A stretch of 64,000 bases of DNA from contig CAZTTS010000003.1 in assembly GCA_964616165.1 (NCBI GenBank), positions 4,349 through 68,348 on the forward strand. The letters run 5' to 3'. The translations under genes were made by a program, and so were the position numbers. Each line of letters starts with the position of its first letter. Positions within the stretch are counted from its first letter, which is position 1. The notes beneath the pieces were generated by a model, which saw only the letters and a program-made list of their open reading frames with translations, was not told where the DNA came from and ran no database searches. The stretch is from an uncultured Lachnospiraceae bacterium. Its GTDB lineage: Bacteria > Bacillota > Clostridia > TANB77 > CAG-508. Shown here piece by piece: positions 1 to 9,137 of this stretch.

Positions 1-823
1 TTTTAAAAAATAGTTGATATTTTAAAACATTATTTGAATATTCTATGTTTTTAGCAAAAACATCCGCTTTCTCATTTAATCCAAATGTATAAATATTAAA
101 CTCTTTACCTTCATTCAATAACTGTTCTTTAAAATTTAAACTATTAATATCGTCATAGTTTAAAATAATATTCCCATTATTTTTTGTATTTTGAGCAAAT
201 TTATAAAATGTTGCTTTTATATTTTCAAAATTCTTAAAATAATCTAAGTGATCATAGTCTATATTTAAAATTATAGCTGTTTCATGTTCAAACTGAAGGA
301 AACTTTCTTTATATTCACAAGCTTCTAATATCAAAATTTCTGAATTCCCTATTCGGTAATTAGCATCTATATTTTTTAACCAAGCTCCTATTTGTATGCT
401 TGGATCTTTTTTAGCAGCTAAAAATATTGTTGATATCATAGCTGTTGTTGTTGTTTTACCATTAGTTCCTGCGATTGCAATAGAATGTTGGTATTCTTTT
501 GCAATTAAACCCAAAGCTTCTGCTCTTTCCATTATTGGAATATTTATACTTCTTGCAAGTTCAAGTTCTTCATCATTTTCTGGCATTGAATTAGTATAAA
601 TTAATAAGTCTGCTTTTTTTAAATTTTCAAAATCTTTTCCAATTACAACTTGTACCCCGTTTTTTTGCAAGGCTTTAGTATGGATTGATTCATTATCATC
701 ACTTCCCGTAACATAATACCCCAGTGATTTAAGAGTGGCTGCTACACCACTCATACTAACTCCACCAATTCCTCTAAAATGTATATTTTTTATGTCTTTT
801 GTAAGATTTAAATTTTTAAACAT
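1..823 (-). CDS. murC: UDP-N-acetylmuramate--L-alanine ligase (partial, runs off the window start)
   Basis: Not in the ORF track; translated by hand from ATG at 823: MFKNLNLTKDIKNIHFRGIGGVSMSG..., with AGTNGKTTTT P-loop and LEACEYKESFL motif. Confidence 0.93.
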   Translation of the reverse strand, partial: MFKNLNLTKDIKNIHFRGIGGVSMSGVAATLKSLGYYVTGSDDNESIHTKALQKNGVQVVIGKDFENLKKADLLIYTNSMPENDEELELARSINIPIMERAEALGLIAKEYQHSIAIAGTNGKTTTTAMISTIFLAAKKDPSIQIGAWLKNIDANYRIGNSEILILEACEYKESFLQFEHETAIILNIDYDHLDYFKNFENIKATFYKFAQNTKNNGNIILNYDDINSLNFKEQLLNEGKEFNIYTFGLNEKADVFAKNIEYSNNVLKYQLFFK

Positions 824-824
824 T

Positions 825-1232
825 TTATCTACCTTCTAATTCTGTCCTTGTTACATATGTTTCTATATATAGTGGTAATTTTTTACCAGTTGCTTCTTCA
901 AAAGTTAATTCTATATAATTTGGCATTGATACTATATAATCATCTCCACTTTCAACAATAGTTGTTATTTCTAAACCTTTAATTTTTTGTAGCTCACTTT
1001 CTATTTTAAAAGCCAAATCATTTGTACTAGAAGTTTCCATTGTCCCAATAACCTGGTTTGTAACAGCTCTAATAGTTTCTTTAGCTTCTGTAATCTCTTC
1101 ATCTCTTCTAACTTGTTTTGTTCTATCAATCAAGCTACCTTCAGCTATAGCAACAATAGATATTGTAACTAGAATTAAAATTACTATAATAGTAACAATT
1201 AATGCAATTAAAGTTATTCCTTTATTGTTCAT
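825..1232 (-). CDS. Type IV pilin-like protein (class III signal peptide, no Glu+5)
   Basis: N-terminus NNKG|ITLIALIVTIIVILILVTISIVAI: basic leader, Gly cleavage site, hydrophobic helix. Confidence 0.75.
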   Translation of the reverse strand: MNNKGITLIALIVTIIVILILVTISIVAIAEGSLIDRTKQVRRDEEITEAKETIRAVTNQVIGTMETSSTNDLAFKIESELQKIKGLEITTIVESGDDYIVSMPNYIELTFEEATGKKLPLYIETYVTRTELEGR

Positions 1233-1240
1233 TTTATTCC

Positions 1241-1636
1241 TTATAAACTATTAAATCCTGGCATTAACTCTGAATAATAATATGTCCTATCTTTAATACT
1301 AACATAATCAGTAAAAACTTCAAAATTACTTATTCCTTCATTAAATAAAGCATCAGAAATATAAGAAATTTTAGCATCTGTATCTTCAAAATACCTATTA
1401 TCTATTTCTATTAGAATACTTTGCAATATTTCTTTTTCTTGCTCTACTTCAGTAGATTCACGAGAATCTTTACTTCTATCAACAATATTTTGATCTTCTG
1501 AAGATAGGCTTGCTACAACAATTCCAGCTATAATTGTTAAAACAATTATAGTTATTACTAATGTGATTAAAGTTATTCCGTTCTTTTCAGTTAATAATTT
1601 ATTCTTCAACACTTTCTTGACTTTCTTCAGCCTCAT
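1241..1636 (-). CDS. Type IV pilin-like protein (no Glu+5); true start may be a downstream GTG/TTG
   Basis: EKNG|ITLITLVITIIVLTIIAGIVV, paralogous to 825..1232. Confidence 0.75.
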   Translation of the reverse strand: MRLKKVKKVLKNKLLTEKNGITLITLVITIIVLTIIAGIVVASLSSEDQNIVDRSKDSRESTEVEQEKEILQSILIEIDNRYFEDTDAKISYISDALFNEGISNFEVFTDYVSIKDRTYYYSELMPGFNSL

Positions 1637-2267
1637 AACCTTCTACATTTTCATGTGGTAATAAGTCTGAGATTTTTGTATATTTAAGAATTTTTCCTTC
1701 TTCATCTAGAGTTACATCATAAGTTATAGTAGGATTTAAATCAGAAGTCTTATATATCGAAATAGCAAATTGTTTTTTTGTTTCTTTTGAATCCATATCT
1801 AAATCTGCAAAAGTTACATAAATCCCATCTTTCAATTCTGATGTTTCTATATCTAATATACCTCTAAAATATAGACCATCAAAAGTATCAATCAACAATT
1901 CTTTGTCTTTATGAATTGCAAATGAATGTAATACTTTTTTTGCTACATTTTCTTTTTCTTCATGTTCTAATTTTGGTAAATCATAAAGATTAAAATAAAC
2001 ATGCTCTGCTCCAGTTACAAGTTCTTCATGCTCATTCATCGCCAATACAAGAAGATCATAGTATGATTTCTCTTTAGTATTTAAACTTACATCTTCATGC
2101 ACACCTTTTAATAAGTTTTTTCCATCCATCATCTTATTAAGATACTTTCCTAAAAAAATTATACCAATAATTACAAGTGCAAAAATTAGTACAACAAAAA
2201 TTAATTTTGGTAAGCTTTTTTTACCCTTTCTTTGTTTTGTTTTGTTTTGTTCTTTTTTCTCTTCCAT
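1599..2267 (-). CDS. Hypothetical single-pass membrane protein with extracytoplasmic domain
   Basis: Basic N-terminus, one TM helix (LIFVVLIFALVIIGIIFLG), 222 aa, GAGG RBS upstream. Confidence 0.7.
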   Translation of the reverse strand: MEEKKEQNKTKQRKGKKSLPKLIFVVLIFALVIIGIIFLGKYLNKMMDGKNLLKGVHEDVSLNTKEKSYYDLLVLAMNEHEELVTGAEHVYFNLYDLPKLEHEEKENVAKKVLHSFAIHKDKELLIDTFDGLYFRGILDIETSELKDGIYVTFADLDMDSKETKKQFAISIYKTSDLNPTITYDVTLDEEGKILKYTKISDLLPHENVEGYEAEESQESVEE

Positions 2268-2345
2268 TTTAATTCCTCTCTATACATATACTTTTCTTTA
2301 GTTTATTTATTATTTTATCACATTAAAAATTAATTATATATATAA

Positions 2346-2819
2346 TTAATCTTCAATTTGATTTATTTTATTAATATATGGTAATGCGTATTCTTTCCCT
2401 TGGCTTGTATTATAGCCATCTAAAACATAAACTGTATGGCTTCCTTCATTTAATATATAAGCTCTATCATCATTATTTAATGTTAATCCATCTAACAACT
2501 CATAATTTATTAAAAAATATTTTCCACTATCAAATTGACTTCTTTTAGCACTAGGTAATTCTTCTTCACCTATTCTATGTGTAGCAGTAGGAGCTCCTGT
2601 ACTAATTAGCATTCCCTCGCCACTTATAGGCAAAGAATCAGTTCTTAAAAAATATTCTTCAACTTTATCTGTTAAAAGTCTTAAATCTGCCTTTGTTTCA
2701 TTTGCTCGTTTTAAATCAATAGCATTTATTGATATATACGTTATTGTGCCGGTTAATATTACTATTAATAAAACCATAGTAGTTAATGCAACTAATGTTA
2801 CTCCTTTTTTATTAATCAT
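2346..2819 (-). CDS. Type IV pilin-like protein (no Glu+5)
   Basis: Start reassigned to ATG 2819 (GGAG SD just upstream); MINKKG|VTLVALTTMVLLIVILTGTITY. Confidence 0.75.
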   Translation of the reverse strand: MINKKGVTLVALTTMVLLIVILTGTITYISINAIDLKRANETKADLRLLTDKVEEYFLRTDSLPISGEGMLISTGAPTATHRIGEEELPSAKRSQFDSGKYFLINYELLDGLTLNNDDRAYILNEGSHTVYVLDGYNTSQGKEYALPYINKINQIED

Positions 2820-2866
2820 TATTATCTCCATAATTTTAATATATAATATACTGAATGTTTTTTCAA

Positions 2867-2895
2867 TTGACATTTACCACAAAATACTATAAAAT
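2867..2895 (+). promoter_or_regulatory. SigA-type promoter of htrA
   Basis: TTGACA-N17-TAAAAT; AAAGGAGG RBS just before ATG 2929. Confidence 0.75.
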
Positions 2896-2928
2896 TTTTT
2901 TACATGAAAAAACGAAAAGGAGGCTTAT

Positions 2929-4143
2929 ATGAGTAAAGAAAAATCAAGCGAATTCAACTTTAGTACGGAAAAAAACAAAAAACAAAAAAAAGAATCTAAA
3001 ATTGGTTTTGGAAAACTAGTTGTATTACCATTTTTTGTAGCAATAATAGCAACTTTAATTATATTGTTTTTATCAGGTTTTTTAGTAAACAAATATACTT
3101 TTTTCAGCAATTTAGCTAATCTTATATATGGCAGACAAATAACAGAAGTTGAATTTTCTGAAAACTTACCTGGTTCAGCTAATACTAATTTAAATATTAA
3201 GCAATTTAACGAATTATCTACAGGTATTGCATCAAAAATTTTACCTTCAGTTGTAGGTATAGAAATTGAATTTAATATGTCATCAATATTTGGAAGTAGC
3301 ACAACAAGTACAGCAACAGGTTCTGGTTTTATTATTTCTCAAGATGGCTATATTTTAACAAACAATCATGTTGTAAACCCACAAGTAACAACTGGGTTTT
3401 ATTCTGTATCTGAAGCTAGTAAGGTAACAGTTACATTAAATAGCAAAGAACAGTATGATGCACAAATAGTAGGTACAGATGAACTAACAGATCTTGCAGT
3501 TATTAAGATTGAAAAAGATAATTTGCCAATTGTAGAATTTGGAGATTCAGATAAATTACAAATAGGTGAATTTGTAATGGCTGTGGGAAGACCTTTAAGT
3601 TTTGAAAACAGTGTTACAGTAGGAGTAATAAGTGGTTTAGAAAGAGAAATTAAACAAAATAACTCTTCATTTAATGCTGTTCAAACAGATGCAGCTATAA
3701 ACTCAGGAAATAGTGGTGGCCCACTAGTAAATGCAGATGGTAAAGTTATTGGTGTTACAACTTTAAAAGTTATGGCTGTAGGAGTTGATAGTTTAAATTT
3801 TGCTATCCCTATAAATCAAGCACAAAAAATTTCTAAAGATCTAATTGAACATAAGGCTGTTCAAAGACCTGAATTAGGAATATCAGGAACAGATATTACA
3901 GCTATAATGCAGCAACAATTAGGCTTGCCTGAAGGAATTTTAGTTCAACAAATTAAAGAAGGTTCAGCTGCAGAAAAAGCAGGAATTTTAATATCAGACA
4001 TTATTACCAAAATAAATGATAAAACTATAAAAAGTTTTACAGATATTGATGTATTAAAAGATACTCTTAAATCAGGTGACACACTAACTATACTTCTTAT
4101 ACGCTCTGGTAAAGAAGAAACAATAAAAATGACAATGCCTTAA
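2929..4143 (+). CDS. htrA: HtrA/DegP-family serine protease with PDZ domain
   Basis: N-terminal TM; TGSGFI, TNNHVV, DLAVIK, QTDAAINSGNSGGPL motifs; C-terminal PDZ. Confidence 0.95.
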   Translation: MSKEKSSEFNFSTEKNKKQKKESKIGFGKLVVLPFFVAIIATLIILFLSGFLVNKYTFFSNLANLIYGRQITEVEFSENLPGSANTNLNIKQFNELSTGIASKILPSVVGIEIEFNMSSIFGSSTTSTATGSGFIISQDGYILTNNHVVNPQVTTGFYSVSEASKVTVTLNSKEQYDAQIVGTDELTDLAVIKIEKDNLPIVEFGDSDKLQIGEFVMAVGRPLSFENSVTVGVISGLEREIKQNNSSFNAVQTDAAINSGNSGGPLVNADGKVIGVTTLKVMAVGVDSLNFAIPINQAQKISKDLIEHKAVQRPELGISGTDITAIMQQQLGLPEGILVQQIKEGSAAEKAGILISDIITKINDKTIKSFTDIDVLKDTLKSGDTLTILLIRSGKEETIKMTMP

Positions 4144-4214
4144 GTCATCAAGCAAGTATAAGTGCAATAGCGTAAAGTAAAGTAAAGTAAAATTAAATTA
4201 AACAAAATTAAATA

Positions 4215-4252
4215 GAAAAAAAGAATACAGCTACATTGTAGTTGTATTTTTT
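4215..4252. terminator. Bidirectional intrinsic terminator between convergent genes
   Basis: AATACAGCTAC/GTAGTTGTATT inverted repeat flanked by A- and T-tracts. Confidence 0.7.
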
Positions 4253-4296
4253 ATCTATTATTCATTATTTATTATTTGTTCTTTATTAATTATTTA

Positions 4297-5151
4297 TTAT
4301 TTTACAGTAATATTAATTTTTGAATCCCCGTCAATTATCAAATTAATACTACCATTAGGCTCTATGTAAAAAAACTTTGTTCTTTTGTTATATTTATGTT
4401 TTAACTTTTCTCTTCTAATTATTTCTCTAACAGCTTCTGAAATCTTGCTTTCTGACATACTTCTTGATTGTAAATATTCATTAAAACTCATCATTTTATT
4501 TTTTTCTACATTATATACTAATGAATTTATATCACTTACTATAACATTATTAAAACTTTCATAATATGAATAACCAAAAGATAATGTATTTTGATAATAT
4601 GTAGCATAATAATCAAAATTTAATTGATTATCTCCTTCAAATACTGTTCTAATAGTTGTAATTCGATCATTAATATCTATAATTTTATCTTTAATCTTTT
4701 CAAGTTCTTTTATCTTTAGTTCAGTAGATATATTTAGTTTTGGCAAACTTGCATTTATTTTAAAATTATCTGTTTCTTCATAACTTATATAATCCGTATA
4801 TATAAGTGAAGATAAGTCATTGTCTTTTTTTATTATAATGTCCTCGGAGTCTGTTAAAAAGTTGTTAAAATATGGCGTGCTTTTTTCAAGTTTAAGTTCA
4901 TAAATCTTGTTTCCACTTTTTGTCATATAAACCTTTGTTTTTTCATCAAAATCAATCTTGCCAAAAGAATATACCATTGTAGCAACAAAAACAACAAAAC
5001 AAACAAGAGCTATAACTAAATAAAAAACTCCACTTTTTTCATCTACTTTTTTAAAGAAAGAATTATTAATATCATTAAGTTTTTGAATTCTCTCTTGTTG
5101 AGATTCACTTACATCTACCTTTATATTGGTATCTTTATTATCATTTTCCAT
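4297..5151 (-). CDS. Hypothetical single-pass membrane protein (weak resemblance to RsiV/PdaC-type extracellular domains)
   Basis: One TM helix near residues 42-63; 284 aa; family resemblance from memory only. Confidence 0.55.
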   Translation of the reverse strand: MENDNKDTNIKVDVSESQQERIQKLNDINNSFFKKVDEKSGVFYLVIALVCFVVFVATMVYSFGKIDFDEKTKVYMTKSGNKIYELKLEKSTPYFNNFLTDSEDIIIKKDNDLSSLIYTDYISYEETDNFKINASLPKLNISTELKIKELEKIKDKIIDINDRITTIRTVFEGDNQLNFDYYATYYQNTLSFGYSYYESFNNVIVSDINSLVYNVEKNKMMSFNEYLQSRSMSESKISEAVREIIRREKLKHKYNKRTKFFYIEPNGSINLIIDGDSKINITVK

Positions 5152-5329
5152 ATTAAAACATTTCTAATCAGTCTTTTCAACTTTTAATTAGATTGATATG
5201 ATTTTAACATTCTAAAATTAGCTTTACAATAAAAAAAGCACTTAAGTTTCAATAATGAAACATAAAAGTGCTTATATTGTATACATTCTTTAATATTATC
5301 TATTAATAATATTCTTTTTTATAACCAAA

Positions 5330-7639
5330 TTATTTGTTTGTCTTTGTAATCACTAATCTTTTTGTTTTATTATAGTCAAGCTTTAAAGAATCTCCTTCTT
5401 TAATTTCACCCTTTAATATTTTATCTGTTATAGCATCTTCTACCAATCTTTGAATTGCTCTTCTTAAAGGTCTTGCTCCAAACTTTAAGTCTGTTCCTTC
5501 ATCAATCAAAAATTCTTTTGCTTTATTAGTTAATTTTATTTTAATATCTTTAGAGTTTAATACCTCTTGAGTTCTAGCAATAAAAATATCTACAATTTTC
5601 AATAATTCTTTTTGTGATAAAGAGTTAAATACAATAATTTCATCAACTCTATTTAAAAATTCTGGTCTAAAAGTATTTTCTAATGCCTCTAAAGTTTTTT
5701 CTTTTCTTTGTAATTCCGTATTTCCAAACCCAATTGCATTTTGATTTAATTCAGAACCAGCATTTGAAGTCATGATTATTATTGTATTGGCAAAATTAAC
5801 TACTCTACCTTGTGAGTCTGTTAATCTACCATCATCTAAGATTTGTAATAATATATTAAATACATCATAATGAGCTTTTTCAATTTCATCAAATAATATT
5901 ATTGAATAAGGATTTCTTCTTACCTTTTCTGTTAATTGCCCAGCATCATCATAACCTACATATCCCGGAGGTGATCCAATAAGTTTAGAAATAGCATGGG
6001 CTTCCATATATTCACTCATATCTACTCTTATAATATTATGTTCATCACCAAACATCTCTTCAGCAACTGCTTTTGCTAGCTCAGTTTTTCCAACTCCTGT
6101 TGGTCCTACAAATATAAATGAAGGTGGTCTTTTTGTAGACTGTAAGCCTGCTCTATTTCTTTTAATAGCTCTAGAAACCATTTCAACAGCTTCTTTTTGG
6201 CCAACAACTCTTTTTTGAATATTATCTTCTAGTTTAATTAATTTTTCATTTTCAGCTTCAGTAATTTTTGTTACAGGAATTTTTGTCCATTGTTCTATTA
6301 CTTTAGCAATATCTTCCACCGATAGTATAATTGGTTTAAGCTTTTTTTCTAAAATTTTTAATTCATCTTGTAATGCACATTCTTTAGTTTTCAAATCTGC
6401 TGCTCTTTTATAATCTTCAATAGAATCAGACGAAACACACTCTTCTTTTTCTGTTGATATGTTTTCTAATTGATTCTTAATTTTTTCTAATTCAACTAAT
6501 TCTTTACTTTTAAGATTTACCTTAGAACAAGCTTCATCTAAAATATCAATAGCTTTATCTGGTAAAAATCTATTATTGATATATTTTTCTGACATTTCAA
6601 CTGTTCTTTTAATTATATCATCTGAAATTTTAACTCTATGGTATTCTTCATAGTATTTTTTAATACCTTTAATTATTTCTATTGTATCTTCAATACTAGG
6701 CTCTTCAACTATAACGGGTTGTAATCTTCTCTCTAAAGCTGAATCTTTTTCTATATATTTTCTATATTCATTTAAGGTTGTTGTTCCTATTATTTGAATA
6801 TCTCCATTAGAAAGTGCTGGTTTTAAAATATTGGCTGCATTTGTAGAATTTTCAGCATCACCATATCCTACAATAGAATGAATTTCATCAATTACTAGTA
6901 TAATATTTTTTAAAGTTTTACATTCATTAATAATACCTTTCATTCTTTGCTCAAATTGCCCTCTAAACTGAGTCCCTGCAACAACGGCTGCCATATCTAA
7001 TAAATATATTTCTTTATTTAAAAGTTTTGCTGGTACTTTTCCTTCAATTATTCTTTGAGCTAAACCTTGAGCAATGGCAGTTTTTCCAACACCAGGTTCA
7101 CCTATTAATACAGGATTATTTTTTGTTCTTCTATTTAGTATTTCTACTGTTCTTTTAACTTCATTTTCTCTACCAATAACCGGATCTAATTCTCCTGCAG
7201 CTGCTTTAAAAGTTAAATCTTCTGCGAAAGTATTCAAAAACCTTTTCTTGTTTTTCTTTTGTTCTTCTACTTGAATTCTCTTTGCATTTTTAGACTTATC
7301 TTTAGGTATTTTTTTCCTATTTTTAGGCATTTCTTCTCCTGGAGTTAATTCAGCAAAAAATGAGATTCCTGCATTTTTAGCATCTTTATCCATAAGATTT
7401 TCTATCATTTTATTGATGTCTGAAGGAAACTTTGAAATCATATCTCTAATTTGTTTATCTAAATTATTTAAAACCTCCGGATCCATTCCTTCTAAATTAG
7501 CTTGTAGCATATTATTCATTTCTTCATTTTCAAAGTCATCTAATTTCCCCGTAAAATTATCAAATATATTATCTTCAAGTTCTTCATTTTCATCATTTAT
7601 ATTAAATTCTTCGTTATCTTTTTTGTCTATTTTAATCAC
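5330..7639 (-). CDS. ATP-dependent Clp protease ATP-binding subunit (ClpC/ClpE-like, no Clp-N domain)
   Basis: Two AAA+ modules (GEPGVGKT, IDEIH; GPTGVGKT, DEIEKAH), UVR-like coiled coil, GARPLRR; acidic low-complexity N-terminus. Confidence 0.93.
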   Translation of the reverse strand: MIKIDKKDNEEFNINDENEELEDNIFDNFTGKLDDFENEEMNNMLQANLEGMDPEVLNNLDKQIRDMISKFPSDINKMIENLMDKDAKNAGISFFAELTPGEEMPKNRKKIPKDKSKNAKRIQVEEQKKNKKRFLNTFAEDLTFKAAAGELDPVIGRENEVKRTVEILNRRTKNNPVLIGEPGVGKTAIAQGLAQRIIEGKVPAKLLNKEIYLLDMAAVVAGTQFRGQFEQRMKGIINECKTLKNIILVIDEIHSIVGYGDAENSTNAANILKPALSNGDIQIIGTTTLNEYRKYIEKDSALERRLQPVIVEEPSIEDTIEIIKGIKKYYEEYHRVKISDDIIKRTVEMSEKYINNRFLPDKAIDILDEACSKVNLKSKELVELEKIKNQLENISTEKEECVSSDSIEDYKRAADLKTKECALQDELKILEKKLKPIILSVEDIAKVIEQWTKIPVTKITEAENEKLIKLEDNIQKRVVGQKEAVEMVSRAIKRNRAGLQSTKRPPSFIFVGPTGVGKTELAKAVAEEMFGDEHNIIRVDMSEYMEAHAISKLIGSPPGYVGYDDAGQLTEKVRRNPYSIILFDEIEKAHYDVFNILLQILDDGRLTDSQGRVVNFANTIIIMTSNAGSELNQNAIGFGNTELQRKEKTLEALENTFRPEFLNRVDEIIVFNSLSQKELLKIVDIFIARTQEVLNSKDIKIKLTNKAKEFLIDEGTDLKFGARPLRRAIQRLVEDAITDKILKGEIKEGDSLKLDYNKTKRLVITKTNK

Positions 7640-7688
7640 TCCTTTTTTTATTATAAAAGTATATTATCATAATATTTATTTTTTTGCA

Positions 7689-7715
7689 ATAGCAATCTCG
7701 GCCCTTGACTGCTAA
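7689..7715 (-). promoter_or_regulatory. CIRCE element (HrcA operator)
   Basis: TTAGCAGTC-N9-GATTGCTAT versus consensus TTAGCACTC-N9-GAGTGCTAA; overlaps the predicted start site of the clp promoter. Confidence 0.8.
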
Positions 7716-7720
7716 TTTCT

Positions 7721-7749
7721 ATTCTATTATTATTTATTAATTTAGTCAA
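7721..7749 (-). promoter_or_regulatory. SigA-type promoter of the clp gene
   Basis: TTGACT-N17-TAGAAT on the minus strand. Confidence 0.7.
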
Positions 7750-7777
7750 GTTACAGGTAATAGCTATGAAAGACATA

Positions 7778-7833
7778 AAAAACAGAAGCATTGCTTTAAA
7801 TATACGAAAGGAAAAGGCAATGCTTCTTTTTTA
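7778..7833. terminator. Intrinsic terminator downstream of ftsZ (possibly bidirectional)
   Basis: AGAAGCATTGC...GCAATGCTTCT stem with T-tracts on both strands. Confidence 0.7.
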
Positions 7834-7994
7834 ATAAATATTTTTATTAATATTTAAATTTATATTTTTAGCAAGTATATTTATATACTTAATATTTATT
7901 ACTACTTGAAATTAGTATTTATCGTTTGTAATAATTTAATCTAACTAATTTATAAATTATTATCTATATTAATTAATTATATTATTTTTTTATA

Positions 7995-9122
7995 TTAATT
8001 ATTTCTATTACTTCTTTGTAGCCAAGGTGGGATTGAGTATTGTCCGCCATTTGATGAATCTTCTTCAGTTTTCAAAGTATCTGTTGAACTTACCGGAGAA
8101 GCAACATCCCAAGGTTTAGCATCTGATACAAATGATCCTCTAGATGTTGTAAAGTCTTCGTCAAATCCTGTAGCGATAATTGTAACTATAATTTCGTCTC
8201 CTGCAGCTTCATCAGTAACTGTTCCAGCAATTATATTTGCTTCTGGATCAACTGATGCTCTTATTAATTCTGATGCAGTTGAGAATTCATGTAAAGCTAA
8301 TGTGCTATTTCCTGTAATATTATACATAACTGTTCTTGCTCCATCAATAGTAGTTTCTAAAAGTGGGCTTGCAATCGCAAGTTTTGTAGCATCTTCAGCT
8401 CTATTTTCACCTGTTGCTCTTCCTATTCCTAAATGAGCCATACCCTTATCTTGCATAATAGTTTTTATGTCTGCAAAATCTAAGTTTATGTCTCCAGACA
8501 CTGTTAGTAAATCTGAAATTGACTGTACTCCTTGCCTTAAAACATCATCCGCTTTTAAAAATGCATCTTTCATACTTGTTTTTCTGTCTATAATTTGAAG
8601 CAACTTGTCGTTTGGAACTACTATTAATGCATCTACTCTCGATCTTAATTTTTCTATTCCACGTTCAGCTTGCATAGCTTTTTTCTTGCCTTCAAAAGTG
8701 AAAGGTTTAGTAACTATTGCGATGGTTAAAATATCCATAGATTTAGCAACTTCTGCTACTATTGGAGCACCACCAGTTCCAGTTCCTCCTCCCATTCCAG
8801 CAGTAACAAATACCATGTTTGCACCTTTAATTACTTCTGCAATTTCATTTCTACTTTCTTCAGCAGCTTGTTCACCAATTGAAGGATCTCCTCCTGCACC
8901 TAATCCTCTTGTAATTTTTTCTCCAATTTGTAATATAGTTTTAGCTTTAGAAATTCCTAAAATTTGTCTATCAGTATTTATTGCTACAAAATCAACATTT
9001 TTGATTCCAGAGTCAATCATTCTATTAATAGAATTATTTCCGCCTCCGCCTACACCAACTACTTTGATTATAGCTCCTTCGTATTGCTTTACTTCTTCTT
9101 TTTCTATTTTGTCAAAATTCAT
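7995..9122 (-). CDS. ftsZ: Cell division protein FtsZ
   Basis: [18 protein letters not shown] tubulin signature, INLDFAD, C-terminal core IPPWL. Confidence 0.98.
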   Translation of the reverse strand: MNFDKIEKEEVKQYEGAIIKVVGVGGGGNNSINRMIDSGIKNVDFVAINTDRQILGISKAKTILQIGEKITRGLGAGGDPSIGEQAAEESRNEIAEVIKGANMVFVTAGMGGGTGTGGAPIVAEVAKSMDILTIAIVTKPFTFEGKKKAMQAERGIEKLRSRVDALIVVPNDKLLQIIDRKTSMKDAFLKADDVLRQGVQSISDLLTVSGDINLDFADIKTIMQDKGMAHLGIGRATGENRAEDATKLAIASPLLETTIDGARTVMYNITGNSTLALHEFSTASELIRASVDPEANIIAGTVTDEAAGDEIIVTIIATGFDEDFTTSRGSFVSDAKPWDVASPVSSTDTLKTEEDSSNGGQYSIPPWLQRSNRNN

Positions 9123-9137
9123 TAAACCCCTCCCTAT

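Noticed and set aside
1599-1636. 38-bp overlap between the membrane protein and the pilin gene as a possible frameshift fusion
   Set aside because: Both ORFs are complete, and a later GTG/TTG start removes most of the overlap.
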